Virus record (IMG/VR): IMGVR_UViG_3300030397_000658
Span: 1 to 38,313 of that record
Strand: one strand, 5' to 3'
DNA from: a virus
Lineage: Duplodnaviria; Caudoviricetes
DNA: 38,313 nt
Below, one piece after another: positions 1 to 8,522 of this stretch. Position 1 is the first letter of the stretch. Every line of letters begins with the position of its first letter. The translations under genes were made by a program, and so were the position numbers. The notes under the pieces are model-generated. The model worked only from the letters and a program-made list of their open reading frames with translations. It did not search any database and had not been told where the DNA came from.

Positions 1-123
1 TCGGTTGAGATTAGTGGTCTGGCGATTAGTGCTGAGACGGTAGCCTTGCTCGAACAACTTGGCAAGAATCCGGTTGAGGCTGTACGTCAGTTTGAGAAGA
101 TGATTGAGATGCAAGCTGAGAGG
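1..123. repeat. Terminal direct repeat, identical to 38191-38313 (circular contig overlap)
   Basis: The sequence tcggttgagattagtgg...gctgagagg occurs at both ends, and an ORF reads in frame across the junction. Confidence 0.95.
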
Positions 124-138
124 GTGGCGAGTGATTAA
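1..138 (+). CDS. 3' end of putative terminase small subunit (continues from 37738 across the junction)
   Basis: Frame 1 reads SVEISGLAISAETVALLEQLGKNPVEAVRQFEKMIEMQAERVASD* with TAA at 136-138, in frame with the ATG at 37738. Confidence 0.75.
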   Translation, partial: SVEISGLAISAETVALLEQLGKNPVEAVRQFEKMIEMQAERVASD

Positions 139-538
139 TCAGATTACGATTTGTGGTGTGGTTTATGATGTTCATTTTGAGACTGAGCTTAAGAATGCTG
201 ATGGTCAGGCGATGTATGGCATGGTGTTTCATCAACATTTGCTGATTGAGGTGGAGGATAATCAGGCGCGATTGCAGAAAATTCAGGCAATTTTGCATGA
301 GGCTTTACATGGTCTCTTTCATCAGACCGGGCATTATGATATTGAGGAAGAAGAGCGGATTGTTCAGATGCTGGGATGTCAGCTTCCGAAGTTTTTGCGG
401 GATAATCCTCAGTTGGTGGCTTTGTTGCTGGATGATGGTTCGAGGTCTGATTATCCCAAAGTTTCTATGACTGTTCATGGGGATGATAATGCTCTTGAGG
501 CAATCAAAGCACAATTTCCAGATGTTGAATCGGAATAA
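131..538 (+). CDS. Zincin-like (HEXXH) metallopeptidase-domain phage protein
   Basis: HEALH motif followed by a downstream EE. The probable GTG start at 131 overlaps the preceding stop. Confidence 0.6.
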   Translation: MINQITICGVVYDVHFETELKNADGQAMYGMVFHQHLLIEVEDNQARLQKIQAILHEALHGLFHQTGHYDIEEEERIVQMLGCQLPKFLRDNPQLVALLLDDGSRSDYPKVSMTVHGDDNALEAIKAQFPDVESE

Positions 539-566
539 GGACTATTCTACAGAGGAGGGCTAAGGG

Positions 567-845
567 ATGACAGGACTGGTTAATCTACGAGAGCAATTGC
601 AGGAAGCACAAGATACTCGCAAACGGTTAGCGCGAGAATCGTTTGAGGTCAATCAGAAGATTGCAGGTCTCAAACACTTGATTAATGATTTAGAGATTAA
701 GAACTTCATTGAAAAATACAATCTTCCGATTCGTGATAAATATGTTAGCAGTTCTCAGGAAATGCAAGATTTTGCTTATGCAAAATACCCTCAAGCTATT
801 AATCGCAGATGGGGGAGGGTGAAAGAGTTCACATTCAAGGGGTAA
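567..845 (+). CDS. Hypothetical coiled-coil protein, possibly frameshifted (could extend to 949)
   Basis: Purine-rich upstream region and N-terminal heptad pattern. An open -1 frame continues after a G4 run. Confidence 0.55.
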   Translation: MTGLVNLREQLQEAQDTRKRLARESFEVNQKIAGLKHLINDLEIKNFIEKYNLPIRDKYVSSSQEMQDFAYAKYPQAINRRWGRVKEFTFKG

Positions 846-975
846 ATGATGGTGAGCTACCTGTCATCCACCTGATGGATGCTGCTGTGCATATGAGTTT
901 CCCGCTTGAGATGGTTGCCCGGGCAAATGGCTGGGATTATTCAGGATAAAATGATTTTCCTCAGAGGGATAGATT

Positions 976-1269
976 GTGAAATTTCAAATGAAATCTAAGC
1001 AGCATCCAGAGAAAGAATCTACCGGATTGTATTCTGTGCTGGCAGATGGTGATGTAATCTGGGAGGCTGAGGGTTCGATGGGGCGTGAGATTATGCACAA
1101 GATTATCACGGTGCTTGAACTCGGCTGCATCAGAAAAGGGCGCTTTCCTCATCTGAGACGCTTTTATGAACGGGCTGAGAAATACTTGCTTGCTTATCAT
1201 AAGAGTGGTCTGGAGCCTCATCTGCCTGATATTGTGGTGGAGAGATTATTAGAGAACCGTGATGGATGA
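976..1269 (+). CDS. Hypothetical protein
   Basis: 97-aa ORF with upstream GAGGG, overlapping the terL start. Confidence 0.6.
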   Translation: MKFQMKSKQHPEKESTGLYSVLADGDVIWEAEGSMGREIMHKIITVLELGCIRKGRFPHLRRFYERAEKYLLAYHKSGLEPHLPDIVVERLLENRDG

Positions 1270-2722
1270 GCGGGAGATTGCTGCTTTAGCATTTGAGGAG
1301 ATTTTTGGTGAGCCTCCTCCTGATAACCGCGATATGGGGCGTGCTGAGGTTCAATCGCTCAGTGCATTCAAGGCGTTTATGTATAGTCGCTATGTTCATG
1401 CGCTTCATTTGCAATTGCTGGATGAGCATCTTGAGCAGGTGACGCGCTATGTTGAGACTCAGGGACGGGAGGGGATTGGTCGCTTGATTGTGACGATGCC
1501 ACCCCGTCACGGGAAATCGCTGACGGTGAGCCGATTATTCCCGGCATGGCATCTCGGGCGCAATGCTCATCACCGGGTGATGCTTACCTGTTACGGGCAA
1601 TCCCTCGCAAATAAGCATAGTCGTGCTGCTCGCAATTTTATCAATAATCCCCGTTATGCTCAGATATTTGATACTGCTCTTGCTCCTGATAGTCAGTCGG
1701 TGATGGAGTGGGATACAAATGATACTTATGGTGAGGGGGGTATGAGCGCTCTCGGGGTGCTGGGTGCTGCTACGGGTAAGGGCGCTCATATTCTGATCGG
1801 TGATGATTTGCTGAGAGGGCGTAAGGATGCTGAGAGTTCGACTATTCGTGATTCGGTCTGGGATGCCTGGAATGATGATTTATATACGCGATTAGAGCCG
1901 GGTGGTGCGATTATTCTGATGCACACGCGCTGGCATGAGGATGATCCGGTGGGGCGTACTCTCAAGCGGGAGGGTGCTGATTGGGTTGAGTTGAAACTCC
2001 CTGCTCTGGCTGAGGAAGATGATGTTATGGGGCGTGCTATCGGTGAGGCGCTCTGGGCTGAACGTTATGACCGTCCGACTTTGCTGAAAACGGAGCAAAA
2101 GCTGGGTCCGTATTCTTTCAGTGCGGAATATCAGCAATCCCCATCCCCTGCTGAGGGGGGTATCCTCAAAAAGAAATGGTTCAAGATTATTCCGGCTGTG
2201 CTTGATTCTGATATTGTTCAGGTGGTACGATACTGGGATTTAGCTATGAGCGAGAAGAAGTCTGCTGATTATACCGCGGGTTTGAAGCTTGCGGAGCTTG
2301 CAAATGGTGAGGCGGTTATTCTGGATGTTGCACGGGGTAAGGTTGAGCTGGCTGATTTGCCCAAGTTTCTTAAGGCGACAATGCTCAAAGATGGTAAGTC
2401 TGTACGTCAGGGGTTCGAGAATAAGGGGTATATGACCCGGGCGATACAGCAAGTCGTTAAGGATGCTGAATTAAGGCAATATTCTATCAAAGGTTATGAT
2501 GTTGAGGGAGATAAGCTGACGCGCTTACTCCCTGCTGCTGCTAGAGCTTCACTTGAGATGATTCATCTGCTGGAAGGTTACTGGAATGATGATTTTCTGG
2601 ATGAGGCGACCAGCTTCCCGAATGGCGCTCATGATGATCAGATAGATGGATTGTCGGGTGCGTGGAATATGCTGGGTGATAAGCCGAAGAAACGGACTGG
2701 AAAGAAAAAGCGCTATGCTTAA
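1259..2722 (+). CDS. terL: Terminase large subunit
   Basis: Walker A-like MPPRHGKS, Walker B-like ILIGDD, HTRWHEDD motif, and nuclease-domain motifs YWDLA and FPNGAHDDQIDGLS. Confidence 0.95.
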   Translation: MMDEREIAALAFEEIFGEPPPDNRDMGRAEVQSLSAFKAFMYSRYVHALHLQLLDEHLEQVTRYVETQGREGIGRLIVTMPPRHGKSLTVSRLFPAWHLGRNAHHRVMLTCYGQSLANKHSRAARNFINNPRYAQIFDTALAPDSQSVMEWDTNDTYGEGGMSALGVLGAATGKGAHILIGDDLLRGRKDAESSTIRDSVWDAWNDDLYTRLEPGGAIILMHTRWHEDDPVGRTLKREGADWVELKLPALAEEDDVMGRAIGEALWAERYDRPTLLKTEQKLGPYSFSAEYQQSPSPAEGGILKKKWFKIIPAVLDSDIVQVVRYWDLAMSEKKSADYTAGLKLAELANGEAVILDVARGKVELADLPKFLKATMLKDGKSVRQGFENKGYMTRAIQQVVKDAELRQYSIKGYDVEGDKLTRLLPAAARASLEMIHLLEGYWNDDFLDEATSFPNGAHDDQIDGLSGAWNMLGDKPKKRTGKKKRYA

Positions 2723-4196
2723 TTCGATTGCTGGAAAATTAGCGGGTAAAATCCCGAAAAATTGGGCTGATACTGAGACGAAACGTGGTCAGATGGTGGA
2801 TTTGTATCGCCAGTATGAAGCGGGTGAGCACCGGGATGGTTTGACTGCCCGGCAAAAAGACCAGCTTAACATTACCAGACGTGCGGTGCTGGATCAGTTC
2901 AATATTAATTATATGCCGATGGTGGTCGGGAAAATGGCTGACCGTCTCAAGGTGGAAGAAATTGAGGTTGAGCTTGCTAGCGCAAACCCCTCCCCACAAG
3001 TGGAGAGGGGAGTTAATGCTTATCAGGATTATATTGATGCTTGCCGGAATGTGTCTCGATTTGATGAGCTTCAGAATGCGGTACATCAATCGGCTGTATC
3101 TGACGGGTATACCTTTGTGATGCTGGCTTATGATTCGGATTTGAATATCACGCGCTGGGAGCATGAACCCGCTTATTCTGATGATACAAAGACGGGGGTT
3201 ATCCCTGTCCTGAATGAGATGGGCAAGATGAGTTGTGCTATCAAGATATGGGATGAGATGTATACGGATGGTTCGGAAGGGAAGCGAATCAATATTTATT
3301 ATCCCGCGACGATTGAGCGTTATGTCACAAATAAAGAGGGGACTCTAAAGCCTTATTATGAAGAAGGTGAGGATGAGAGTGGTCTGCTAGAGTGGACGGG
3401 CAAAAAGGGAGCACCTCTCGGTATCCCGATTCATCTGTTCTCGAATAATCCAAAAAAAGATTTCCCGTTTGGTCAGAGTGAATTGCATAATGCGATTCCG
3501 CTTCAGGATGCTGCGAATTGGACACTAGTTGATTTAGTCATGACATCGCGGTTGACTGCTTTTCCTCTGCGAACAGCTAAGGGGTTTGAGCCGGATGATG
3601 ATATTGGTCCGGGTGATTGGGTGATTTTCGGTGATGAGGCTGACCCGGATGAGCTATCTCACATGGAAGCGGGTGTTATCCCCCAGGGTGAGATGGTGCC
3701 GTTTCTGGAGACAATCACTCATATTGAGGACCGGCTTTCGGTGATTACCCGCACGCCTATCCCGAGTTCGATGGGGTCAAGCGCTCAGAGTGGTGAGGCA
3801 TTGAAAGAGCGTCAGACGATGCTGGTTGAGAAAGTTGAACGCGCTCAGGTGGCGTTTGGCAATGCCTGGGAAGATGTGGTTAAGCAATCGATTTTGCTCC
3901 GTAATCATTTTGGTGCTGCTCTATCCGGCGAGGTGATTGGTTTCAATACGCGCTGGAAACCTGCTCAGATACGGAATGCTCAGGAGATTATCAGTGCTGC
4001 TCAGATTATGCACGATTGGGGCTACGAACGTGAGGCGCTGAGGCTCATGGGTCAGTTGCCTTATCTGGGATATGATGACAAGAAAATTGATATGTTGCTG
4101 GAAGAGAAGATGTCTTTTGCGAGCCAGCAACTTGCTCAGTTGAATATCCCCGGTTTTGGTTCTAATGCGAGTGGTCAGCCTGCTCTGGTTGCATAG
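2715..4196 (+). CDS. Portal protein (SPP1 gp6-like)
   Basis: About 490 aa directly after terL, with GQSEL...PLQDAAN and SGEALK motifs typical of SPP1-type portals. Confidence 0.85.
   Translation: MLNSIAGKLAGKIPKNWADTETKRGQMVDLYRQYEAGEHRDGLTARQKDQLNITRRAVLDQFNINYMPMVVGKMADRLKVEEIEVELASANPSPQVERGVNAYQDYIDACRNVSRFDELQNAVHQSAVSDGYTFVMLAYDSDLNITRWEHEPAYSDDTKTGVIPVLNEMGKMSCAIKIWDEMYTDGSEGKRINIYYPATIERYVTNKEGTLKPYYEEGEDESGLLEWTGKKGAPLGIPIHLFSNNPKKDFPFGQSELHNAIPLQDAANWTLVDLVMTSRLTAFPLRTAKGFEPDDDIGPGDWVIFGDEADPDELSHMEAGVIPQGEMVPFLETITHIEDRLSVITRTPIPSSMGSSAQSGEALKERQTMLVEKVERAQVAFGNAWEDVVKQSILLRNHFGAALSGEVIGFNTRWKPAQIRNAQEIISAAQIMHDWGYEREALRLMGQLPYLGYDDKKIDMLLEEKMSFASQQLAQLNIPGFGSNASGQPALVA
2987..3012. 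repeat. CCCCTCCCC...GGAGAGGGGAG palindromic element inside the portal gene
   Basis: CCCCTCCCCACAAGTGGAGAGGGGAG, same family as the intergenic copy at 37460-37487. Confidence 0.65.
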
Positions 4197-4211
4197 GTCG
4201 GATTATTCAAT

Positions 4212-4279
4212 TTCCACAGAGTAAACACAGTCCCCTCACGGGGATTTTGTGCGTTAGAGGTGTTGAGCAGGGTTAAGGT
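4212..4279 (+). promoter_or_regulatory. Regulatory block: TTCCACAGAG site, terminator-like hairpin and putative late promoter
   Basis: TTCCACAGAG at 4212, hairpin AGTCCCC-TCAC-GGGGATT, then GCGTTAG(4251)-N16-TAAGGT. Near-duplicate at 6348-6438. Confidence 0.7.
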
Positions 4280-4322
4280 TTGAGTGTCTAAAATAGTTCA
4301 ATGAGAAGAGGATGGTCAGGTT

Positions 4323-4751
4323 ATGGCTGTTTTAAGTATTACCGAGGCAAGTGTCGATTGGGTCAGTGGTACAGCTCCCCGGCGCGTGACAGCGGGTGCT
4401 ACGATTACCCGGGGTCAGGTGGTATTTCGTGATTCGGCTGATGGTGAGTACAAGCTGGCTGATGCTGATGATGCTACGAAAGATGCTGATTTAGCAATTG
4501 CTCTCACTGATGGCTTCGATGGTGCTCCGATGCTGGTGGCTGAAGATGGTGCTGTTATCAATATTGGTGCTACGACTGTTGCAGGTACAGCTTATGCGCT
4601 GAGTAGTTCGACTGCTACTGGAGGTGCTGCCGGGGGTGTAAGCCCGATTGCTGACCTCGGGAGTGGAGATAATCCACGTCCGTTATTTGTTGGCTCGGGT
4701 ACGGGTCAGGTTACGCTGGCGATTGATGAAAATGGTGCTGCTATCCCGTAA
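4323..4751 (+). CDS. Putative capsid decoration/cement protein (DUF2190-like)
   Basis: Ala/Gly/Thr-rich with AGATITRGQVV and YKLADAD motifs; lies in the head module behind its own promoter motif. Confidence 0.5.
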   Translation: MAVLSITEASVDWVSGTAPRRVTAGATITRGQVVFRDSADGEYKLADADDATKDADLAIALTDGFDGAPMLVAEDGAVINIGATTVAGTAYALSSSTATGGAAGGVSPIADLGSGDNPRPLFVGSGTGQVTLAIDENGAAIP

Positions 4752-4767
4752 GTGTTGCTGATTAGAA

Positions 4768-4792
4768 CGGACGGGATGTATCCCGTCCCTAC
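4768..4792 (-). repeat. GTAG-family REP-like hairpin, copy 1 of 7
   Basis: CGGACGGGATGTATCCCGTCCCTAC; the reverse complement starts with GTAGGG. Confidence 0.8.
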
Positions 4793-4804
4793 GAGGAGGG
4801 TTCA

Positions 4805-5032
4805 ATGGATGTTGTAGAGATGATTAAGTCACGGGTACGGAATAGTGCTGAGGGCATTATCAGAGAGCTTGAGCATTCGCATGGTGTTGAGGGTGTTTCG
4901 ATTGCTTTCAAGGAAACGGGAAAATCTATCACGGTGACGATTAAAGAGTCTGCTGTGGTGGTAGAGGATGAGCCGGAAGAGGATATATCTGAGGCGACTG
5001 CTAATCGTCTGGATGATGTAGATGAGCAGTAA
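4805..5032 (+). CDS. Hypothetical acidic protein
   Basis: Strong RBS GAGGAGG; 75 aa. Confidence 0.65.
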   Translation: MDVVEMIKSRVRNSAEGIIRELEHSHGVEGVSIAFKETGKSITVTIKESAVVVEDEPEEDISEATANRLDDVDEQ

Positions 5033-6095
5033 TCTGACTGTCAGGACGGGTTCGATTGAGGACTTGCTGGTGCGGGTCTTAGACCGGGGCTATACCGGGG
5101 TTGCCGGGCGGGTGCTATCTGCTGTGGCGGGTTCGGTGACGGGTGGTCAGGTTCAGCGTGATATTGATGCGATGATGCAAGAGGCTGATCGGCTTGCTCA
5201 GAATGGTGAGCGTCTGAGGGTGGATAATCCGCATGTGCGGGCAGTGCTTAATTCGGTTGAGCTTGCTATGCGGGATAATGTGGTTCGTATCCGGGATGCT
5301 TCGGGCGATATTCAACTTTCGGGAGTGACTGCTGGCAATATCCTGAGCAGACAGCTTGCGTTGCCAGGGTTTTCTGATGAGGCACTCCAGGCAGTGGGTA
5401 TCACATGGAATCAGGTGAGTCCTGAGACGGTGATGCGCTTGATTGAACTGGTGGATAATCCGGCGTTTGCTGCTGAGTTATCTTCTCTGAGTGCTAATGT
5501 GATTGAGACAATACGTAATCAGGCGATACGGGGGGTGGTGTTCGGGTGGAGTCCTGCTCGAACAGCAAGAGAGATTGCCCGGATTGCTCAGACACTTCCC
5601 CAGGTGAGTGCTAATACACTGATGCGAACTTTACAGCTTGAGAGTTATCGCACGACTACGACTGCTAATCAGAATGCGAATCAGTCGATTATCCGGCGCG
5701 TGATTCGGATTGAGACGCTGGATGAGCGTATCTGTGCTGCCTGTATTGCGCTGCATGGTACGGTTGTCTGGGATGCGACTCTCAATGAGGGTCAGCCTAT
5801 CCCCAAAATAAGGGAACATCATAATGGTAGAGGAACGACCATCACTGAGACGGTTATTCGCCCGGTGACTATTCGGAGCGGGGTGGATTGGTTCGATGGC
5901 TTAGATGATGCCCGCCAGCGGCGCTTAATCGGACATGCTGCTGTGAATGCCCGGAATGCGGGTGCTGTTCGTTTAGAGGATTTTGTGGGTGAGCGAACAG
6001 ATGATTTGTTCGGTGAGCAGATTTATGAGCAGAGTGTGGTCGGGATACTCGGTGATGGTGCGGGTCAGTATTATGAGAGGAATCAAGGGAGATAG
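5022..6095 (+). CDS. Head morphogenesis / minor capsid protein (Mu gpF / SPP1 gp7-like)
   Basis: LDERICAACIALHG and HHNGR motifs resembling the gpF/gp7 family; head-module position. Confidence 0.75.
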   Translation: MSSNLTVRTGSIEDLLVRVLDRGYTGVAGRVLSAVAGSVTGGQVQRDIDAMMQEADRLAQNGERLRVDNPHVRAVLNSVELAMRDNVVRIRDASGDIQLSGVTAGNILSRQLALPGFSDEALQAVGITWNQVSPETVMRLIELVDNPAFAAELSSLSANVIETIRNQAIRGVVFGWSPARTAREIARIAQTLPQVSANTLMRTLQLESYRTTTTANQNANQSIIRRVIRIETLDERICAACIALHGTVVWDATLNEGQPIPKIREHHNGRGTTITETVIRPVTIRSGVDWFDGLDDARQRRLIGHAAVNARNAGAVRLEDFVGERTDDLFGEQIYEQSVVGILGDGAGQYYERNQGR

Positions 6096-6100
6096 GTGAT

Positions 6101-6280
6101 ATGAGTTTATTTCAAGATTTTGTACCCAAAACGCGATTTTTCATTTTAGCGAGCCACTCCTACATGAAAGGTGAACCTCGTATCAACTATTACAAAGGGT
6201 GGCTTCCTGCTTATTTGCGATTCATGTGGTATAGCCGAACAAATCCTAAAGGCTACAATTACGATGTTTACGAGGAATAA
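6101..6280 (+). CDS. Small hypothetical protein (59 aa, below the ORF-track cutoff)
   Basis: RBS AGGTGA, ATG at 6101, TAA at 6278-6280; lower GC than neighbours. Confidence 0.55.
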   Translation: MSLFQDFVPKTRFFILASHSYMKGEPRINYYKGWLPAYLRFMWYSRTNPKGYNYDVYEE

Positions 6281-6299
6281 TTCCGGTTAAGTATTTGAT

Positions 6300-6328
6300 G
6301 TAAATATCCCCGATTATTTCCCAAACGG
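6300..6328. repeat. 29-bp direct repeat, second copy at 8051-8079
   Basis: GTAAATATCCCCGATTATTTCCCAAACGG occurs at both sites. Confidence 0.9.
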
Positions 6329-6347
6329 TTGGTCGGGATAATGATGC

Positions 6348-6438
6348 TTCCACAGAGTAAAACGGGCATGATACATCATGCCCCTACAGTCCCCTGACGG
6401 GGATTTTGTGCGTTAGGGGAGGTGAGCAGGGGTACGCT
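6348..6438 (+). promoter_or_regulatory. Duplicate of the 4212 regulatory block, interrupted by REP copy 2 (6363-6387)
   Basis: TTCCACAGAGTAAA + CGGGCATGATACATCATGCCCCTAC + AGTCCCCTGACGGGGATTTTGT + GCGTTAG(6410)-N16-TACGCT. Confidence 0.75.
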
Positions 6439-6461
6439 CTTGAAAAACAAAGGGTTCAAGT

Positions 6462-6917
6462 ATGAGCAATTTTGAACAGGTGAAAGCCTATTCGCCGGAG
6501 CTGGTGGTCACAGCCGGGGCATATAGTGATGGTGATGTGGTGGGTGGTCTATTAAATTTGAGCGACCTTGCCGGAGCCGGGGGTGGTGGCTTAATCACCC
6601 AGGTATTGCTTACGGATGATGCAGCCCAGACTGCTGTATTTCAATTGTGGTTATTCGATGGAGAACCAACAGGTATTGCCGATAATGCAGCTTTTGCCCC
6701 GGTGATTGCTGACCTGGCAAAAGTGGTGGATGTAATTGATATTGCAGCGTCGGATTATGAGACAGTCAACTCGAACGAATATGCGCTTAAGAAATTGGAT
6801 ACTCCTGCTGTGCATGGTAGCGGTCAATTGTACGGGTATCTGGTGCTGAACGGGAGTACGCCGACTTATGCTGCTACAAGCGACCTGACTCTGAAAGTAT
6901 CGGGCTTTGTAATCTGA
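6462..6917 (+). CDS. Putative virion accessory protein (beta-rich)
   Basis: AYSDGDVVGG motif and acidic beta-rich composition; downstream of the late promoter motif. Confidence 0.5.
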   Translation: MSNFEQVKAYSPELVVTAGAYSDGDVVGGLLNLSDLAGAGGGGLITQVLLTDDAAQTAVFQLWLFDGEPTGIADNAAFAPVIADLAKVVDVIDIAASDYETVNSNEYALKKLDTPAVHGSGQLYGYLVLNGSTPTYAATSDLTLKVSGFVI

Positions 6918-7612
6918 TGAGTGTTGCTAAGAAGCGGGTGACGCTATTCGGGGGAGGTATCCCTTTTAGCGCTTTATTGCTGGCTGACTATGACCCGGAA
7001 AGAGAGCCGGGTGCTTTAGGCTCTATCTCTACTTTGACTGACCAGCGCGGGAGTTATAACGGAACGTCTGCTGGCGACCCGCAACTGGTGACTGATACCT
7101 CGGGTAAACGGGCGTATGAGTTTGATGGGGTTGATGATGCTTTTGCAGTGGAGACACTGGGCGATCAGATAGCGGTTAATGATGATTACTGTATTGCTGT
7201 CGCAGTTCGTCCTCTCCCTGCTACTCCTGCGAATGATTGGTTGTTCGGGGGTTCGGTTGGTTCAGCCAGTGAAAATTTGCATTTCGGCTACAAAGATGCG
7301 AGCAATCTCGGTCTTCACCACTGGAACTCCGATATTTCCGGTACATTTAGCTATTCGCAGAATCGGCTGGATATTTTGCTGTTCAATCAGACGGTTGCGA
7401 ACGGGCGCGATATATATGCCAATAGCCCGACTCCGATTGCATCCGGGGCATATAATGCCCTGACAGCTAATAATGGCTGGATAATGGGGGGACGTGCTGA
7501 AGGTAGCGAGTATGGAAACATGCGAATATTGCGCTGTCTGGTGTACCGGGGCTTAACTGATGGTCAGGCTGTCAAGGTCTATAACTGGCTGGCATCACGG
7601 TATAGTGATTAA
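6917..7612 (+). CDS. LamG/concanavalin-A-like domain virion protein
   Basis: YEFDGVDD motif and C-terminal YRGLTDGQAVKVYNWLASRY pattern typical of LamG-like jelly-rolls. Confidence 0.6.
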   Translation: MSVAKKRVTLFGGGIPFSALLLADYDPEREPGALGSISTLTDQRGSYNGTSAGDPQLVTDTSGKRAYEFDGVDDAFAVETLGDQIAVNDDYCIAVAVRPLPATPANDWLFGGSVGSASENLHFGYKDASNLGLHHWNSDISGTFSYSQNRLDILLFNQTVANGRDIYANSPTPIASGAYNALTANNGWIMGGRAEGSEYGNMRILRCLVYRGLTDGQAVKVYNWLASRYSD

Positions 7613-7621
7613 AATGAAAAG

Positions 7622-7646
7622 CGGACGGGATATATCCCGTCCCTAC
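7622..7646 (-). repeat. REP-like hairpin, copy 3, between convergent genes
   Basis: CGGACGGGATATATCCCGTCCCTAC. Confidence 0.8.
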
Positions 7647-7648
7647 CA

Positions 7649-7927
7649 TTATTCGGGTCTTTCCCAATATTCTAATCGCTTCACATATGCTTTCGGGTCA
7701 TTCGTAAAGAATTCTATAGGATTACCGTAAGTTACTAATCCTCCAAAGCTGATCACATGCGATTCGCCAACTGCTACCCTCGCTCCACAAACCTCCTTGA
7801 CTGCAAGAGGGTAAATTTTAAATGAGATTTCAACCCAATAGCTACAAGGTTTTTCGGAGAATGACGACAAGGTGATGAGAGGATACCACTCAATATCGTC
7901 AGTTTCTGGCTTTTGATTATCGCTCAT
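7649..7927 (-). CDS. Moron-like hypothetical protein 1
   Basis: Antisense to the late operon, lower GC, probable start MSDNQKP at 7927, and TATAAT on the minus strand at 7977-7982. Confidence 0.6.
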   Translation of the reverse strand: MSDNQKPETDDIEWYPLITLSSFSEKPCSYWVEISFKIYPLAVKEVCGARVAVGESHVISFGGLVTYGNPIEFFTNDPKAYVKRLEYWERPE

Positions 7928-7985
7928 AAAATCTTCTTTCAATTGTGCTTTGATTGTTCTGTTGAGACGACTGTACATTATATCA

Positions 7986-8007
7986 GGTTGATTAAAGCGC
8001 GTTAGGG
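7986..8007. repeat. 22-bp direct repeat, second copy at 8407-8428, containing GCGTTAG
   Basis: GGTTGATTAAAGCGCGTTAGGG occurs at both sites. Confidence 0.9.
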
Positions 8008-8076
8008 GATTGTGGTACACGATTGAGGATGTGCTGGTTAAGTTTTTGGTGTAAATATCCCCGATTATTTCCCAAA

Positions 8077-8101
8077 CGGGCGCGGTGTACCACGCCCCTG
8101 C
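8077..8101 (-). repeat. REP-like hairpin, copy 4 (diverged)
   Basis: CGGGCGCGGTGTACCACGCCCCTGC. Confidence 0.7.
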
Positions 8102-8113
8102 GAATGTATAGAT

Positions 8114-8350
8114 TTACTCGCTATCCGGTCTGACTGGCTCATAAACCTCGATCTTTTTTACGACATCAACCAGGTAAAGGGTGACACCCTCATCATGACT
8201 TATCTCTATAATAGTGTTTCCCAGAATTTCAATCAATTCTGAGCGAACCCAATAAGAGGTTCTCTCAGCCATTTCCTCAGTTATTAATTTTTCTGACTCA
8301 CTCCCATCCCGAAAAAATACTTCTATTATAAATGTAATCCTATTGTTCAT
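8114..8350 (-). CDS. Moron-like hypothetical protein 2
   Basis: Antisense, low GC, RBS AGGAG ahead of the ATG at 8350 (MNNRITF). Confidence 0.65.
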   Translation of the reverse strand: MNNRITFIIEVFFRDGSESEKLITEEMAERTSYWVRSELIEILGNTIIEISHDEGVTLYLVDVVKKIEVYEPVRPDSE

Positions 8351-8419
8351 TGTGCCTTCTCCTAATCTCAAATTCCTGTTCGATAGTCTTATCCTACATC
8401 TCTGAGGGTTGATTAAAGC

Positions 8420-8460
8420 GCGTTAGGGTTTGAGGGGAGTGGTTAGATTAATCTGAGGAA
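8420..8460 (+). promoter_or_regulatory. Putative late promoter of the scaffold/capsid operon
   Basis: GCGTTAG(8420)-N17-TAGATT, followed by a near-match ATCTGAGGAA site. Confidence 0.6.
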
Positions 8461-8522
8461 AGTAGATTATTCCGGGATAAGCGCGATGCTTGCCCGGGTT
8501 TAACAATGAAAGGTTGAGCGCG

